Source: Ramazzottius varieornatus (Eukaryota > Animalia > Tardigrada). Taken from it: a stretch of DNA of 64,000 bases. This document shows positions 25,780 through 37,380 of this stretch, in pieces. The notes beneath the pieces were generated by a model. It saw only the letters and a list, made by a program, of their open reading frames with translations. It was not told where the DNA came from and searched no databases. The translations under genes were made by a program, and so were the position numbers. Location: assembly GCA_001949185.1 (NCBI GenBank), contig BDGG01000022.1, forward strand, positions 186,001-250,000, in the 5' to 3' direction. Numbering within the stretch: position 1 is the stretch's first letter; the number at the start of each line of letters is the position of its first letter.

Positions 25780-27330
25780 ACAGCCTTGAAAAGTCAATCA
25801 AGCCTGCAGTGTGGCACATCGCCATCAACCGCAAATTGACATTGCGCGCCACTGTTTACACAACGCCATCAACATTTCATGACAGCTGGACAAATACACA
25901 CCTACAGTGCGTCAGGTGATATCTAATACTGTACAGTCTAATTCCGGAGAACAGCACAGCAACGTCTGGTCTCCGCGGACTAATGCAGCCCACAATGACG
26001 GAATGGACATATGTTGTCTCGAGAAGAGATGCGCTTGAAAAAGTGACAAGGCACATTCCTTGCATTTCCCTGATCCAAGGTTGAAGAGCTTCTTACATCT
26101 CCATCCATCGCACTGCCTCCGACATTCCAGCACCGTACTTTTTCATTAATCATCTTGAGACAAAGACCAGACAAACCCTGCTACTAGCACTCACTTTACA
26201 CTCAATACTCCTTACCACACAAAGACCGCCATGACTTGTAATGGCTTTCATTACGGAAAGGCTTTCAGGAGTATGGAGGATGGTGGGGCCGCGCTGGTTC
26301 CCGCTCCCATCCACCAGCGTCCGCTGATGACGTCCTGCACGTGGGAAGTGGTTCCCGGCAAATGCAAAGAGGCCAAAGGTGTTACACGCTCTGCTTGGCC
26401 TTCGCTGAACGCCTCTAATCGGTCAGTACTAATTAATTATACCGTCATCGCCATGCTTCCTTGGCCTGGCAGTCTACGACCTCTTTGGCACAAAAGTTGC
26501 TTCACAGCCAACTTCTGCACAATGCTGCTGTTTCCACGTACCTTCCTTGCGGGTGACGGCGCCCCTTCACCTCCTTCCCACTACTCCATGTAACGATGCC
26601 TTTCAGCCCAGCAGTACGTGGTCGACTGTAGGGCGCGATGTGCAGAGTCAACTGATGTAGCGGATATTACAGCACCGCTGCCTTTGATACCAGCTAGCTC
26701 ATATTCACTTCCGGACTCCACAAAAACCAGACACGTGTTATACCGCCTTTTGCAGCAAACCTAACAATTCCGCAGAAAGTTCTCAAACAGACGTCATCAA
26801 GGTTTAAAAATATGGCGAGTCGACGAAGAACTGCCATTATTGGCGGACCTTGGACGGGTCTTGAAGAGGAGGCTCAGTTCGGGGATCAGACATACTGCGC
26901 ATGCAAAAGCTTACCTTCTGGGACAAAGACAGTTTCCTCCAACAGATTGACCAATGGGCCAAGGATGGTCTCAGTCTGACACAGCAGCAGCCAACGGGTA
27001 ATCCGTTGACTTGAAGCTAAAGCTGTAAAGAGGACAAAAGACAGTTAGTCAAGCTGGTGGACAGTCCCCGCCAATACTAGAGATGTTGGCCTGACAAGTC
27101 AAGCTCGACTATACAGCAGGTGAGTGAGATGCTGTTATGCAGCAGAGGTACTTGCCGGGGATCCACTTACCGCTGGCTGCTGCACTAGCTGCTGGAGCCA
27201 GCGAGTGGCCAGACAGCGAGCTCGATCGACTTGCAGCAAAGCACATCTGTCAAGTTGGACAAGGCTTGTTAGTGGAGGCATTGTTTGCACTGTTATGGCC
27301 AATTAATACAGTTGAACGAGCCTACTCTCT
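25780..27330 (+). pseudogene. Highly decayed hAT-like transposase relic
   Basis: Colinear motif remnants across broken frames: DSWTN (~25880), HCLRH (~26110), *WLSL (~26242), LKRRL...HAKAYLL (~26860-26920), ELDRLA...NTVERAYS (~27215-27330), the order expected for hAT DxW / CxxH / RW / HxAxxLDPR / ERxFS. Confidence 0.4.
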
Positions 27331-27870
27331 GCCCTGTCATCTTACCTGTGCTTTACGTGACATGACTAAACAGCTAGTGCATGCAGCCTCTCCATCCTCC
27401 ACTCCACTTATCATCACCTCGTGGCCCCATCCGTGGCCGCACGTACCACGCTCTTCACCATCCACCCTCCTCCCTCCCTCCGTTGCGCATCTTAATTGCC
27501 TCCTCCGTCGCATAATGATGGCGCCAGCTGAGCGGCCTCGCGCTACCCCGCTCCCTCCTCGTCCGGCCACTGACGCTGCTCCAACCACAACTCCATCACC
27601 GACAGTCCACTGAGCAACCATCGGCAGAAAAAAACTAACTGCCAATTAATGCCGCACTCGTTATTCTGATCATTTTTACGAACCAACTACTCATCGTCCG
27701 TCACACTTTCTAATCCCCGTTCATTCCATGTCAATACCAGCCATATTTACCGAAAACATTACGAGAAGCTGTCACGTCATCTTTTGTCAAAGTTTTGGAG
27801 ATAATCTAATATACAATAATTTGATAAATGCAAAATTTAGCCCTTGAATCCGTATGATTTTTGAGCAAAG

Positions 27871-29720
27871 TTATTCCGGTGCTGTTTTAAGGGCTTTTTT
27901 CAAGGTAGGAAATGCGCCCACTTTAGCCACTACAATCTTCTTTAGCTGCCAAGAGACATAGGCCTTCAGTAGATCCTGTAAATGAAATACTGCGTAACAA
28001 AACTCCACTTTCTGTCTATGTCTAGCTAATGAGCGGCCATGCAAAAGTTTAGGCCTTCTTTCAACTAATTAATCGTTTGAGATAGTTGGGACTTACTTCT
28101 CCGATGAGGTTGACCATGACGCATTCGGCGTCGGCATCGCTAGCTTCCTCTTCCACCGGTGTCTTGTAGCCAGCCACTCGTAGGGCCACCGTCATGTCCT
28201 GTACCGCCACAATGTGATGGTTCAGCACTTTGCACCTGTAGGAGGGAAGGTCGACCTGCAGCAAGCAACCTGCAAGACTACATGCTGGTGTAGGATACTT
28301 ACAGCTTGCGGAAAACATGGCGGAACATGATCAAGCGGAGGTTGTCGATCAAGTAGTAGATGCTCCAACGGATAAAGTCCTTCTCGTATGCATTCTGCTT
28401 CTGCTGGAAGAGGGCAATGTCAGCCCTCTGTAAGGCCTGCACCAAGTCGGCGTACTGGTACAGGTTGTACTGGCGCAGAAGTGTCGATGAGGGACGAACA
28501 TCCTGCAAGGAAGAAGGCTTCAATAAAGTGACGGGTTGGTAAAAGAGAGGGCGGTTGGCAGAAAAGGCTTCTACCATGCGGAGACGGAGAGGAAGCAGGA
28601 AGCGCAGGATGGCCTTCATGTTGGTGTGGAAATAGGCAGGACAGCGCAGGTAGGCCAGTGTGAAGCGCTGCTCGGCCAGGACATAGTCGCCCTCCACCAC
28701 AGCCAGCTTTCCCGCAAAGTAATAATAGGTGACCACTTGCGAGGCCGGACAGCGATCCAGCATCCGCAGATTCTCGATCGTCCGCACCAACGGCTTACAC
28801 AGGTTGGCCCTTCCCGTCTACAACGACAGGGACATTCATCACCAGTCAGCAGTGTGCAGACAGCTCGACAAAGTACTTTCAAACGGAGAAGAGTGGACCG
28901 TACCCGAAAGCACAGGCGGAAGAGCTGGTTGACCAGGGGGACCAATGCCCGCTTCTTCGACGTCTCATCAGTGGCACCCCTGAAAACCCCATGCAAATTC
29001 AGAAGAGCCTATTTACTGTCAAGAAGTAAGAGAGACTAACTTCTCCGCCGCGCATGTCCGCACGATCTGTTGAATACTGTTGAAAGCCCGATCGATGGAG
29101 GTGGTTTGCCCTTCGTGTGTCATTGTTATCCGGTTCTGTTGCTGCTGGTCAGCCTACAAGAATACGCTGCAACCACACTTTTACTTCATACTGTAGGTGG
29201 AACCAAAAACCTTCAGAGCCAAGGAGCTGAGATCTCGGGCGACGGTCGTCACCGTGGGTAAGAACCATATCACATCCTCGTTCTGGATTTTGGGCAGCAT
29301 AATGGCCACCAACCTGCAAGGACAATTGCCCAGCATGAATTAACCAACATGTCTCTATGAGACTGAACATGCCCTGCATACTTGGACAACTCCTCTTGGG
29401 CAGAGAGCGCCGAGGAGAGATCGTAGCGAGCGATGTACCGGACACATCGCAGGTGACTGGCCACTAGACCGATGAATTCTGAGCTAACTGAATCCTCCAG
29501 AACCGACAAGTCCCATGGTTCCGGTGACCCACCATCCTCAGGCTGGCAAAGAGATGATTCCAACAGGTAATCGCCGTGCTCGTCGGTCAAAGACAGAAGA
29601 TTCTACCCAAATAAGAATTAGGTTACTATGAGGCTGAGCTACGTGAGTACGTCTAACCCAGGTGACTCGGCGCATGGCGTCAAAACACTTCTCGACGGCA
29701 TACACTAAAACGATGTCCAT
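27871..29720 (-). CDS. PCID2: PCI domain-containing protein 2 (TREX-2 subunit, Thp1 homolog)
   Basis: VASHLRC, SKKRALVPLVNQLFRLCF, LCKPLVRTIE, QVVTYYYFAGK, AEQRFTLAYLRC, AECVMVNLI, LKAYVSWQLKKIVVAKVGAFP; start codon approximate. Confidence 0.92.
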
Positions 29721-30336
29721 TATGACACTGTCCAACCCAAATTCTGATCTGACTCAAGTTGGATCGCTCTTGCAGGCGCTCTTACCGAGAAATACGTGCC
29801 ATCTTCGTTCTCGAACGCTTGTAAAACCTACAACAGGTACAAAGTACCATCTTTCCCCTTCCATTATTTATGCGCCGCTACCAAATGCTTATCCGAACTG
29901 AGCCAAGCAAAGCCGTACACTTACTTGGGAGGTGTAGTCAGCAACGTCGTACTGTCCATTCGCCGAGCTCGAACCTCCAAAGCTAGACGCCCGATTCCTC
30001 TTGAAGAATGCCATTCGTACGCAAGACGACAGTAAAGACAGCGAGAAACGGAAGGAAGTGCTCCAGCGTGCAGATTATGTACAGTACTTGAAGAATGAAG
30101 ATTCACAAGAAAGTCGAACTGGGAAACCATGACGTCACGCTCTTGCTGCTTGCCACGCCCACCCAGCATCTGATGGCAAGTTCTTCAGTCTTCACTCTGG
30201 CTCGAACTCCAGTTTGCTGCCCTTCGCTCCTTCAAGCTTCATGCCTTCAACCATCGTGTACCGTCGAGCATTATAACCAAATTACAGCTGGAGCATAAGC
30301 GAGCGGGACAGGGATATCGGTTCCACATTTCATCTT

Positions 30337-32538
30337 ATGTTGTGGAGTGTGGCGGAAGTCTGTGCCTTTCTACGTTCTCCACTTCCGGCGGCCTTTGCGC
30401 TCCCGCTTCCCTACGGCCTCCTTCGCAGCATCCCTAGATCCGCTTTCCTTCCTGGCCTTTGCCGGCGGCGGTTCACCACCCACAGAGTTATCCAATCTGG
30501 CGCTGGCGATATGGCCCCGATTCAGCGACATTTCCAAACACAAGAATTCGGAGGGTAACTAAGTTGGTGGCCAATCACTAATTGCTGTGTTACAGAAACA
30601 TATACGTGTCTTAATGGTGCCCGACTTGCAGGTTGCACCACGAGGACTATCGGCTGTTTCTAAGTAAGACTGTTTGCTGTCCTCTTGTTTTACTGGTTTG
30701 AAGTTTTACGGATGATATCTGCAGCTAACGGCCATAAGCCCGTCTCTCCGTTCCACGATGTCCCCTTATTTGTCGACGAGAAAGGTGAGAAGCGTATAGC
30801 TACTGCTTATTTATCCGCTCTTGGTCAGAAGATAATCTCTTGTATTGTGCGTAGGATTTCCGGCGGAGGAAAAGGCTAGAAGAGGTATTTATAACATGGT
30901 GGTGGAGATTCCCAGATGGACCAACGCCAAGATGGAGGTTTGCATTTGCCAGCTTCCGCTTTTGCTTCAAGTTGCTTGGACGTCCTTCCTTATTGTAGAT
31001 TAGTACCAAAGAGCCGCTGAATCCCATCAAGCAGGACATCAAGAAGGGCAAAGCCCGCTTCGTCTGCAACGTTTTCCCACACAAGGGCTACATTTGGAAT
31101 TACGGGGCCTTTCCTCAGGTAAAGTTCTCATTTCATCGATTCTGTCACGTCACTGCGCTTCGCTGATTGCAGTTGATATTATGTCAAATGATGTCCAGGC
31201 GTTGGACTAATACCGCTGTGAATGCCATTGGCAGCTTGCGCCACTTATCTCTGCCATTTTTGCTGTATGGTAGACCTTGTTAAAGCGGGGCTTATCGTGT
31301 CTTTTCATCTGTATTATTATTAGACGTGGGAAGATCCGGAGCACATTTCGCCGGAAACGGGCTGCAAAGGGGACGCCGATCCTGTCGACGTCTGCGAGAT
31401 TGGCCACCGGGTAGGCGCTAGGCTATTAATCCACTTAGCCTGTACTCATCCCCTCCATCTGGGGGCAGAGCAGAAATGAATGTCAATATTAGTCAAGTGT
31501 CATGGCTTTGTATGCATTGTTGTGTGCATCCTCCGACAGGTTGCCGAACGCGGCGAGGTCCTTCAGGTCAAAGTACTGGGAGTGATTGCGTTAATCGATG
31601 AAGGTAGGCATATGCGGGCAAGTCTGCTGCTCACAACGTGCATTGCTTCCTACATGTTGAGCAGCTGAAAAAACCACTTATCCTTGGTTTTTTCCTGTCT
31701 GTCTACAGGAGAAACTGACTGGAAGATCATAGCCATTAATATCCATGATCCCTTGGCTGACAAGCTGAATGGTTTGTTATTCGTCTCTTGTTCCTGCCGG
31801 CGTCTGACTGATGCACTGTCATTGGTGGGCTGATGCAATGGCTGCTTTGCAGATATCGGCGACGTGGAGCAGCACATGCCGGGTTTCCTTCAATCGACAA
31901 TTGACTGGTTTCGATGTTACAAGATGCCCGACGGCAAGCCCGCCAACCAGTTTGGCCTTGACGAGCAGGCCCGTGGCAAGGTACCGATACCCTTACTCAC
32001 CCTAATGACTGATGACTGTATCGTATCATCTCCAAAGATTTCTCCCAGGTTAACCTGTACTTAGTTGTGGGAAATGGTCAGCGTGAGAGGGACTGCAGTC
32101 TTGTGCTTTGCTGTTTTTGTAGGATTTAGCGGAAAAAGTCATTGCGGAGACGCACGAATTCTGGAGAGCGTTAGTGTACAACAACAACAGCAAGAACGAC
32201 CGAGGCCTTTCCTGGTATGCTCAGTCTAAACATGCTAGGAGCCTAGGATTGTCATTTCCTCTCTTGCCGTCTTCTTCTTCTTCAGCATGCTTGAATGGTT
32301 TTTCACTTTACAGTGTCAATACTTCGTTGAAAGACAGCCCCTTTACAATTTCGTATGCCGAATCGACAAAGATCCTCGACAGGCTACCCAAATACCGCAA
32401 GACGGAACCGGTCAGTTTATTCTACGCAATACCCCGTCAGACACGACATGAATTGACATTGCTGTTTTGCAGCTGGACCCTTCGGTCGATATCTGGCACT
32501 TTGTCGACAGACCGGCTACCAACAGCATTTCCCACTGA
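30337..32538 (+). CDS. PPA: Family I inorganic pyrophosphatase with N-terminal mitochondrial-type presequence
   Basis: [93 protein letters not shown]. Confidence 0.96.
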
Positions 32539-33004
32539 GAGCGATAGATAACATGACTGTATTAGGCGTTTTCTTCCATGTCGACCGTTGGTACTCTTAA
32601 TACCAATTAACCATGCCTTGTGATTTATTCAACGGTGTTGCCGCAAGCGGCCAATTGAATGAGCCTTCGAACGAAACTAGCAAGAAAAAGGTTTGTAAGT
32701 GTCAAGTCTCCATTCCGTCCTCGGTCCATAAAGGGCTAAACAGCTTATTACAGATCTGCTTTGGTAGAGGCGGGGGAGAACCAGCGTCTGTCCTTCGACT
32801 TGATCGTCGCCAAGACGACAAGAGAAGACGGAAGGCAATTCACTGAGCAAGAAAGAAGCAGCTTGTCAGTTAGGACATTAAGACAAAAGTGTTGCTAAAA
32901 TCCAGAAGACAAATATGGTTGAGAGGAAAATCAGTAAGATATACAGAGCGCGGTCAACAAAGTTGCCGGAAACGGGGGAGACTTTGCTATTGTACAATTG
33001 GGAG

Positions 33005-35671
33005 TTATCTCGAGTTAGTGCGACCATAGCCGGGGCTGAGGGTGGACTTGAAGATGGCTTCCGTCAGTGCTTGATAGCTATCGCGGCTGGCCTGCTCTGT
33101 GGGCAACGAGTTGGGGACAATGATGGCGTCTTTCTCCTTGGCAATGTTGGCGGCAAACTCTTTAAACTTCTCTTGGTCGAAGGTCGACAAGCACCTGTAA
33201 GAAGAATAGTCAGCTTGGCCATAGGTGATGGCCGACGTGAGGAGCATACCGGAAGTGGGTGAGGGTGTCAACGTTGCAGACTGTATAGGGAACGAAGGCC
33301 GCCCCATGAGGGATGTTCTCCCAGTAAGGGAGACACTTGAGCTTCATCCAGTTGGTGGGGTGCCATTCCAGCTGCACCTTCTTGTTGCGGATGAGTGTCA
33401 GCAGCTGGCTTTCGGCCGCTGCATGCTGCAGCGTGTTGTGTCGGCTATAAGTCTGCTGGTCGACGATGGCCCGTTTGGCTTTCAAGGCTTGACTACGTGT
33501 TTCCATCTTGATGATGGCCGAGCGCTGCTTCAGGCTGATGTGGCGCACCGCCCCGTAGTGCCCAAAGAGGCGCCGGATCGTCTCTTCCTGCTCTTTGCTA
33601 TCTTCGCTGCGCGGCAAGTTACTCAACGACAACAGGCTGGTCACTACTACAAGGTAAGACATGCTCACTGTAGCCACCCAGGCTGGAATGTTCTGTCAGC
33701 GCATAGTGATGCCCATTGCAGTTACCCATCAAGAGAGCTATGGCAAAGGATCTGACCTGTGAAATGGTTGGGACGTGGACGAGGAGTGAAGCCCTGCCAT
33801 TTCTCCAAAAAGAGAAAGGGGTCGAGGCGAGGCAGCAGCGGCGGAGGAGGAGTGGGCGTACGCTTAAGCACTTGCTCCTGACTAGAGATATACCAACAAG
33901 GACCATCAGCACCTGCTGTAATAATCATACTGTATCGATAAACGGACAGAGGATACCAACCTCATCACTTTCTGAGCCACAGCACACAAGGCCGCCAACT
34001 GCGCTCCGACTTGAGAACCTTGTCCCAGGCTGCGTGGCAAGGCTGTGGTGTTGCTCTGAAACCAAGAAGGGTAGCAATGACATGTCGTCCATTAAGCAGG
34101 AGAAAGGCCCAACGTACGGGTGAACTTTTCAGCTGTTGGCTAGTCTGAGAGGGTACAACAGCAGGCCGCCACTGCTGGGGCTGGGCTGTGCTGTTGGGCA
34201 TGGGCGGTGTACGCAACAGTGCGGCCGATACGGGGAGGGCGGCAGGCGGTGGGGGGAGAAGGGGCAGCTGCGATTGAGAGAAGAAGGGCAACCTGCCGGC
34301 TCGGGCCAGTGCTTGTACCTTGGCCTCCAGCTCACTCATCGGGCCCCCCTCCTCCTCATCCAGTGGAAGAACTTCCGGTGGTAAGGGCGAGGACATCTTG
34401 ACGGGGAAAGGCAGCTCTTTGGAGGTGTTGGTCTTCTTGCGGGCCTTGGAGGAGGAGGAGGAAGAAGGCAGGCGCGGCGACTTGTTCTTCCCTGCTTTGC
34501 CACTCTTACTGGGTGACTTGCCCTGCCTCTTGACCAGGGTGCTCTGCAGCGCTTGCAGCTCCGGATAGTGGACCGACCATTTGCCGTAGAAGGACTGCAG
34601 CTCAGTGGCCGACGATGGTGAGGTGGCAAAGTACTGCTTGTCCATCCAGCACCACACCATCCGCAGACATTCGCGCTATACAGAGACACATCATGACGTT
34701 TCCTCTATTATAATTTATACAGCACGTATCAAGCTGATATTATAGTACAATACTTTGGCTTTATGGAATTCGCTAGTCTTCTTCTTTTCCTTCTTGGCCG
34801 CCTCCTCGGCAGCTTGGCTGTTATCGACTGACAGCAGCAGCATCTCCGGCGCTGGTGTCATGCTCATGGCCCTTTCCAGGAAGCCCAGGGTCGGAGCTAG
34901 CAAGCGTGCCGAGAACCTTTCCTTCTTGGGGCCAAAGCGTTTGCGGGCCAGCGAGACGATAGCATCAACCAGGTAGACGCAAGCTCGCAGCTGCTTACAA
35001 TCGCGCTTTATGATGGTCTTGTCCATTTGTCTGGCCAGCGCCTTCTCCACCACTTTGTACAGATAGGACTTCCTCACTGCAGCATGACTTATACCCAGAA
35101 TTTTGCTTCTGGAATGGGGCTTGTCCGACTTGAACGCTTCACGCAACTACAATAAGCAATAGTGTGCGCATATAACATAGACATCCCAGTAGGCCCCAAG
35201 TGAGGGTGACTCGGATGTGGCATATAGCGCTACCTTGTTATGAAAGTCTTTGCGGATCAAGTCAAATTCTATTTCTTGTCCCGTTTCCTTGCTACCTCCT
35301 GGATGCGTCTTGGAAGGACTGTTCGGTGGCGGAGTCAAGGATGCAGAAGTACCCATCGGTGGCTGACTGGCCACCACTTCCGGTTCACTACTGGCATCAC
35401 CCACCTGTAACGGTGCTTGGTGCCTAAAGATCAGCGGTAGAGGAGGTGGCGGAGGAGCAGCGCCGGCCGAAAAGAGTGCTTGGGAGAAGGGCGAAGTGCT
35501 GCCTTGAGCCGATGGCGGGCAGTAAAAGAGCGGTGGAGGAGGAGGCGGCGGTAGCGGGCCAAAATGAACAGCCATCCCGTTCAGTTGATAAGGATTCGCA
35601 GGAAGAGCAGGAGCAAACGCAGCGTTAGGCTGAAAGTGATGCACAGTAGCATCGCCGATAGCCATCTCCAT
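33005..35671 (-). CDS. SCAF4/SCAF8 (Nrd1/Seb1)-like CTD-interacting-domain plus RRM protein, divergent
   Basis: CID: KPHSRSKILGISHAAVR...VYLVDAIVSLARKRFG...ERFSAR...LRMVWCW. RRM: LSLSNLP...LFGHYGAV...KVQLEW, followed by YWENIPHGAAFVPY (SCAF8-type FWDVDLGVTYIPW). Confidence 0.82.
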
Positions 35672-36291
35672 ACTGTAGCTGCAGCTGTATGGGAATCTTC
35701 CCGAGTAGATGGCTGATGCTACGTAACGGGAGTTCCGGCCAAAACCGACAATCAATGTTGTACTAGTCCGACGTAAATCACAGTCGCAGGAGCTTCAGTG
35801 CAAAGATACTTTGGGAATCAACTACTGACTGATCTGCCACACCGTCAGAGCAGCCTGGAAAAGTATGTACGGATCAACGAGCTGCAGAATGGGAGCTTCC
35901 ACTGCAGAGATGTTCACACTTAGATGAGCGCTAATTATAGACTGTCAAGGGGACGATATACAAGTGCACGACAAAACAAGTTTTAAAAAAGAGGCGGAAT
36001 GGTGTAAATCCACAGTAACGAATCAAAACCGCAGTCCAGCAAACGATCAAAGTCGATTGGCTACAGTCATTTGGTTTCGTTGACACCAGTTGGAAAACTT
36101 ATTTTGTCGTGCACTGTAGCTGGTTATTCACTCATTCTGTCATCAGGGAATTGGTAAGGCATGCCATCAGAGGTTGCACAGAATGTATACTGTACAGCAC
36201 GCCGTAAGGATGCTGGACAGGTTTACTGCTGCTGTACACAGTACACCAGTAACACTATCCTGAGTTTGGTGCAACCAGGGAATCAGAGAGA

Positions 36292-36849
36292 ATGGAGGTC
36301 TCTCTGGGGCAACGGTTCGATAGGCTTTCGACTCGAGTCCTGGCTAAGATCTTTCGCACCGGTAAGACCTTTGATTTTGGCCAAAGACGAAGTTTCAATG
36401 TCATATCATCGGGGTATTCAATGCCACTCTACCAGCGCCGGATTTCACAGGTAACCAAAGTTTCGGTATACAGCCCGAGCAGCTGCGAGCCGGAAGAACC
36501 TCGCCCTCGGTCCTTGGACACTGCTCCTCCACCAGCCAAGTCACCGCACTCTTCGCGATACTCTTTCCTTAAAAAAATAGTAGATCACGTACCCCGAAGT
36601 CATCCCAAAGAACCTGCTCGAAACATAACAGCTCAGGTCTCTTAGGACCAAATTGCCGTGCACGTAATAGACTTTTCGGGAGCACAGTCAGACAGTGGAA
36701 TGGTGTCTAGATCTAGAAAGACTGACCGAATATTTGAGACCGGGATTCTTCTGGAGGAAGAAAGGTGGCTGACGAGAAAGGATTTTCGTGAGTGGGAATT
36801 GCTCCAGATGTCTGTTTCGCCATTTGAGGGAGTGATCTCTGGGACTTGA
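36292..36849 (+). CDS. Possible small orphan gene or pseudogene
   Basis: ATG-initiated 117-aa ORF with splice-like donors plus a downstream 63-aa frame; no motif recognised. Confidence 0.2.
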
Positions 36850-37380
36850 AGAACCCCCAAAGATCACTTCCGGCTGCAGAAGAAACTTGACAAACAGCAC
36901 TGCCTATTGTTGACACATATCAACTGAACCATGAAGGGACACCAGAAGGGACATCGAAAAAAGACTTAAGAAGCGCTTGAGTTTCACTGTATTTATTCCA
37001 ACAGAATAATCTGTATATATCTGCCTTGACGATATCGCTCAGGTGAGTCAGATCCGCAACAATACTTTGTTAAATCTCCAACTAGAGAATGACGTAGCAT
37101 AATCTCGGTAAGAATTAATCAGCAACTCAACAAACGGACATGAAAGTTTGCCGTAACCATATCTGTATATAATATCACAAAGGGACACCATCCGTAAACT
37201 CGGGAGAGAACAGGGACCAAACACGACAGCGACAAGCATGCAACTTCAGGCTGGAAGAAGACACACTTGACACAAAACAAAAGTGAGTACTGTGATATCT
37301 ACCTCTATAAATATAATCTTTCTACTCATTTGGCAGGGGGAAGCATCTTGACCAATAGTCTCTCTCTTCATGATCCATGA

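Noticed and set aside
36847-36927. Frame continues after TGA (ISGT*RTPKDHF...), suggesting selenocysteine or readthrough
   Set aside because: No redox motif, no recognisable SECIS, and the host ORF itself is unsupported.
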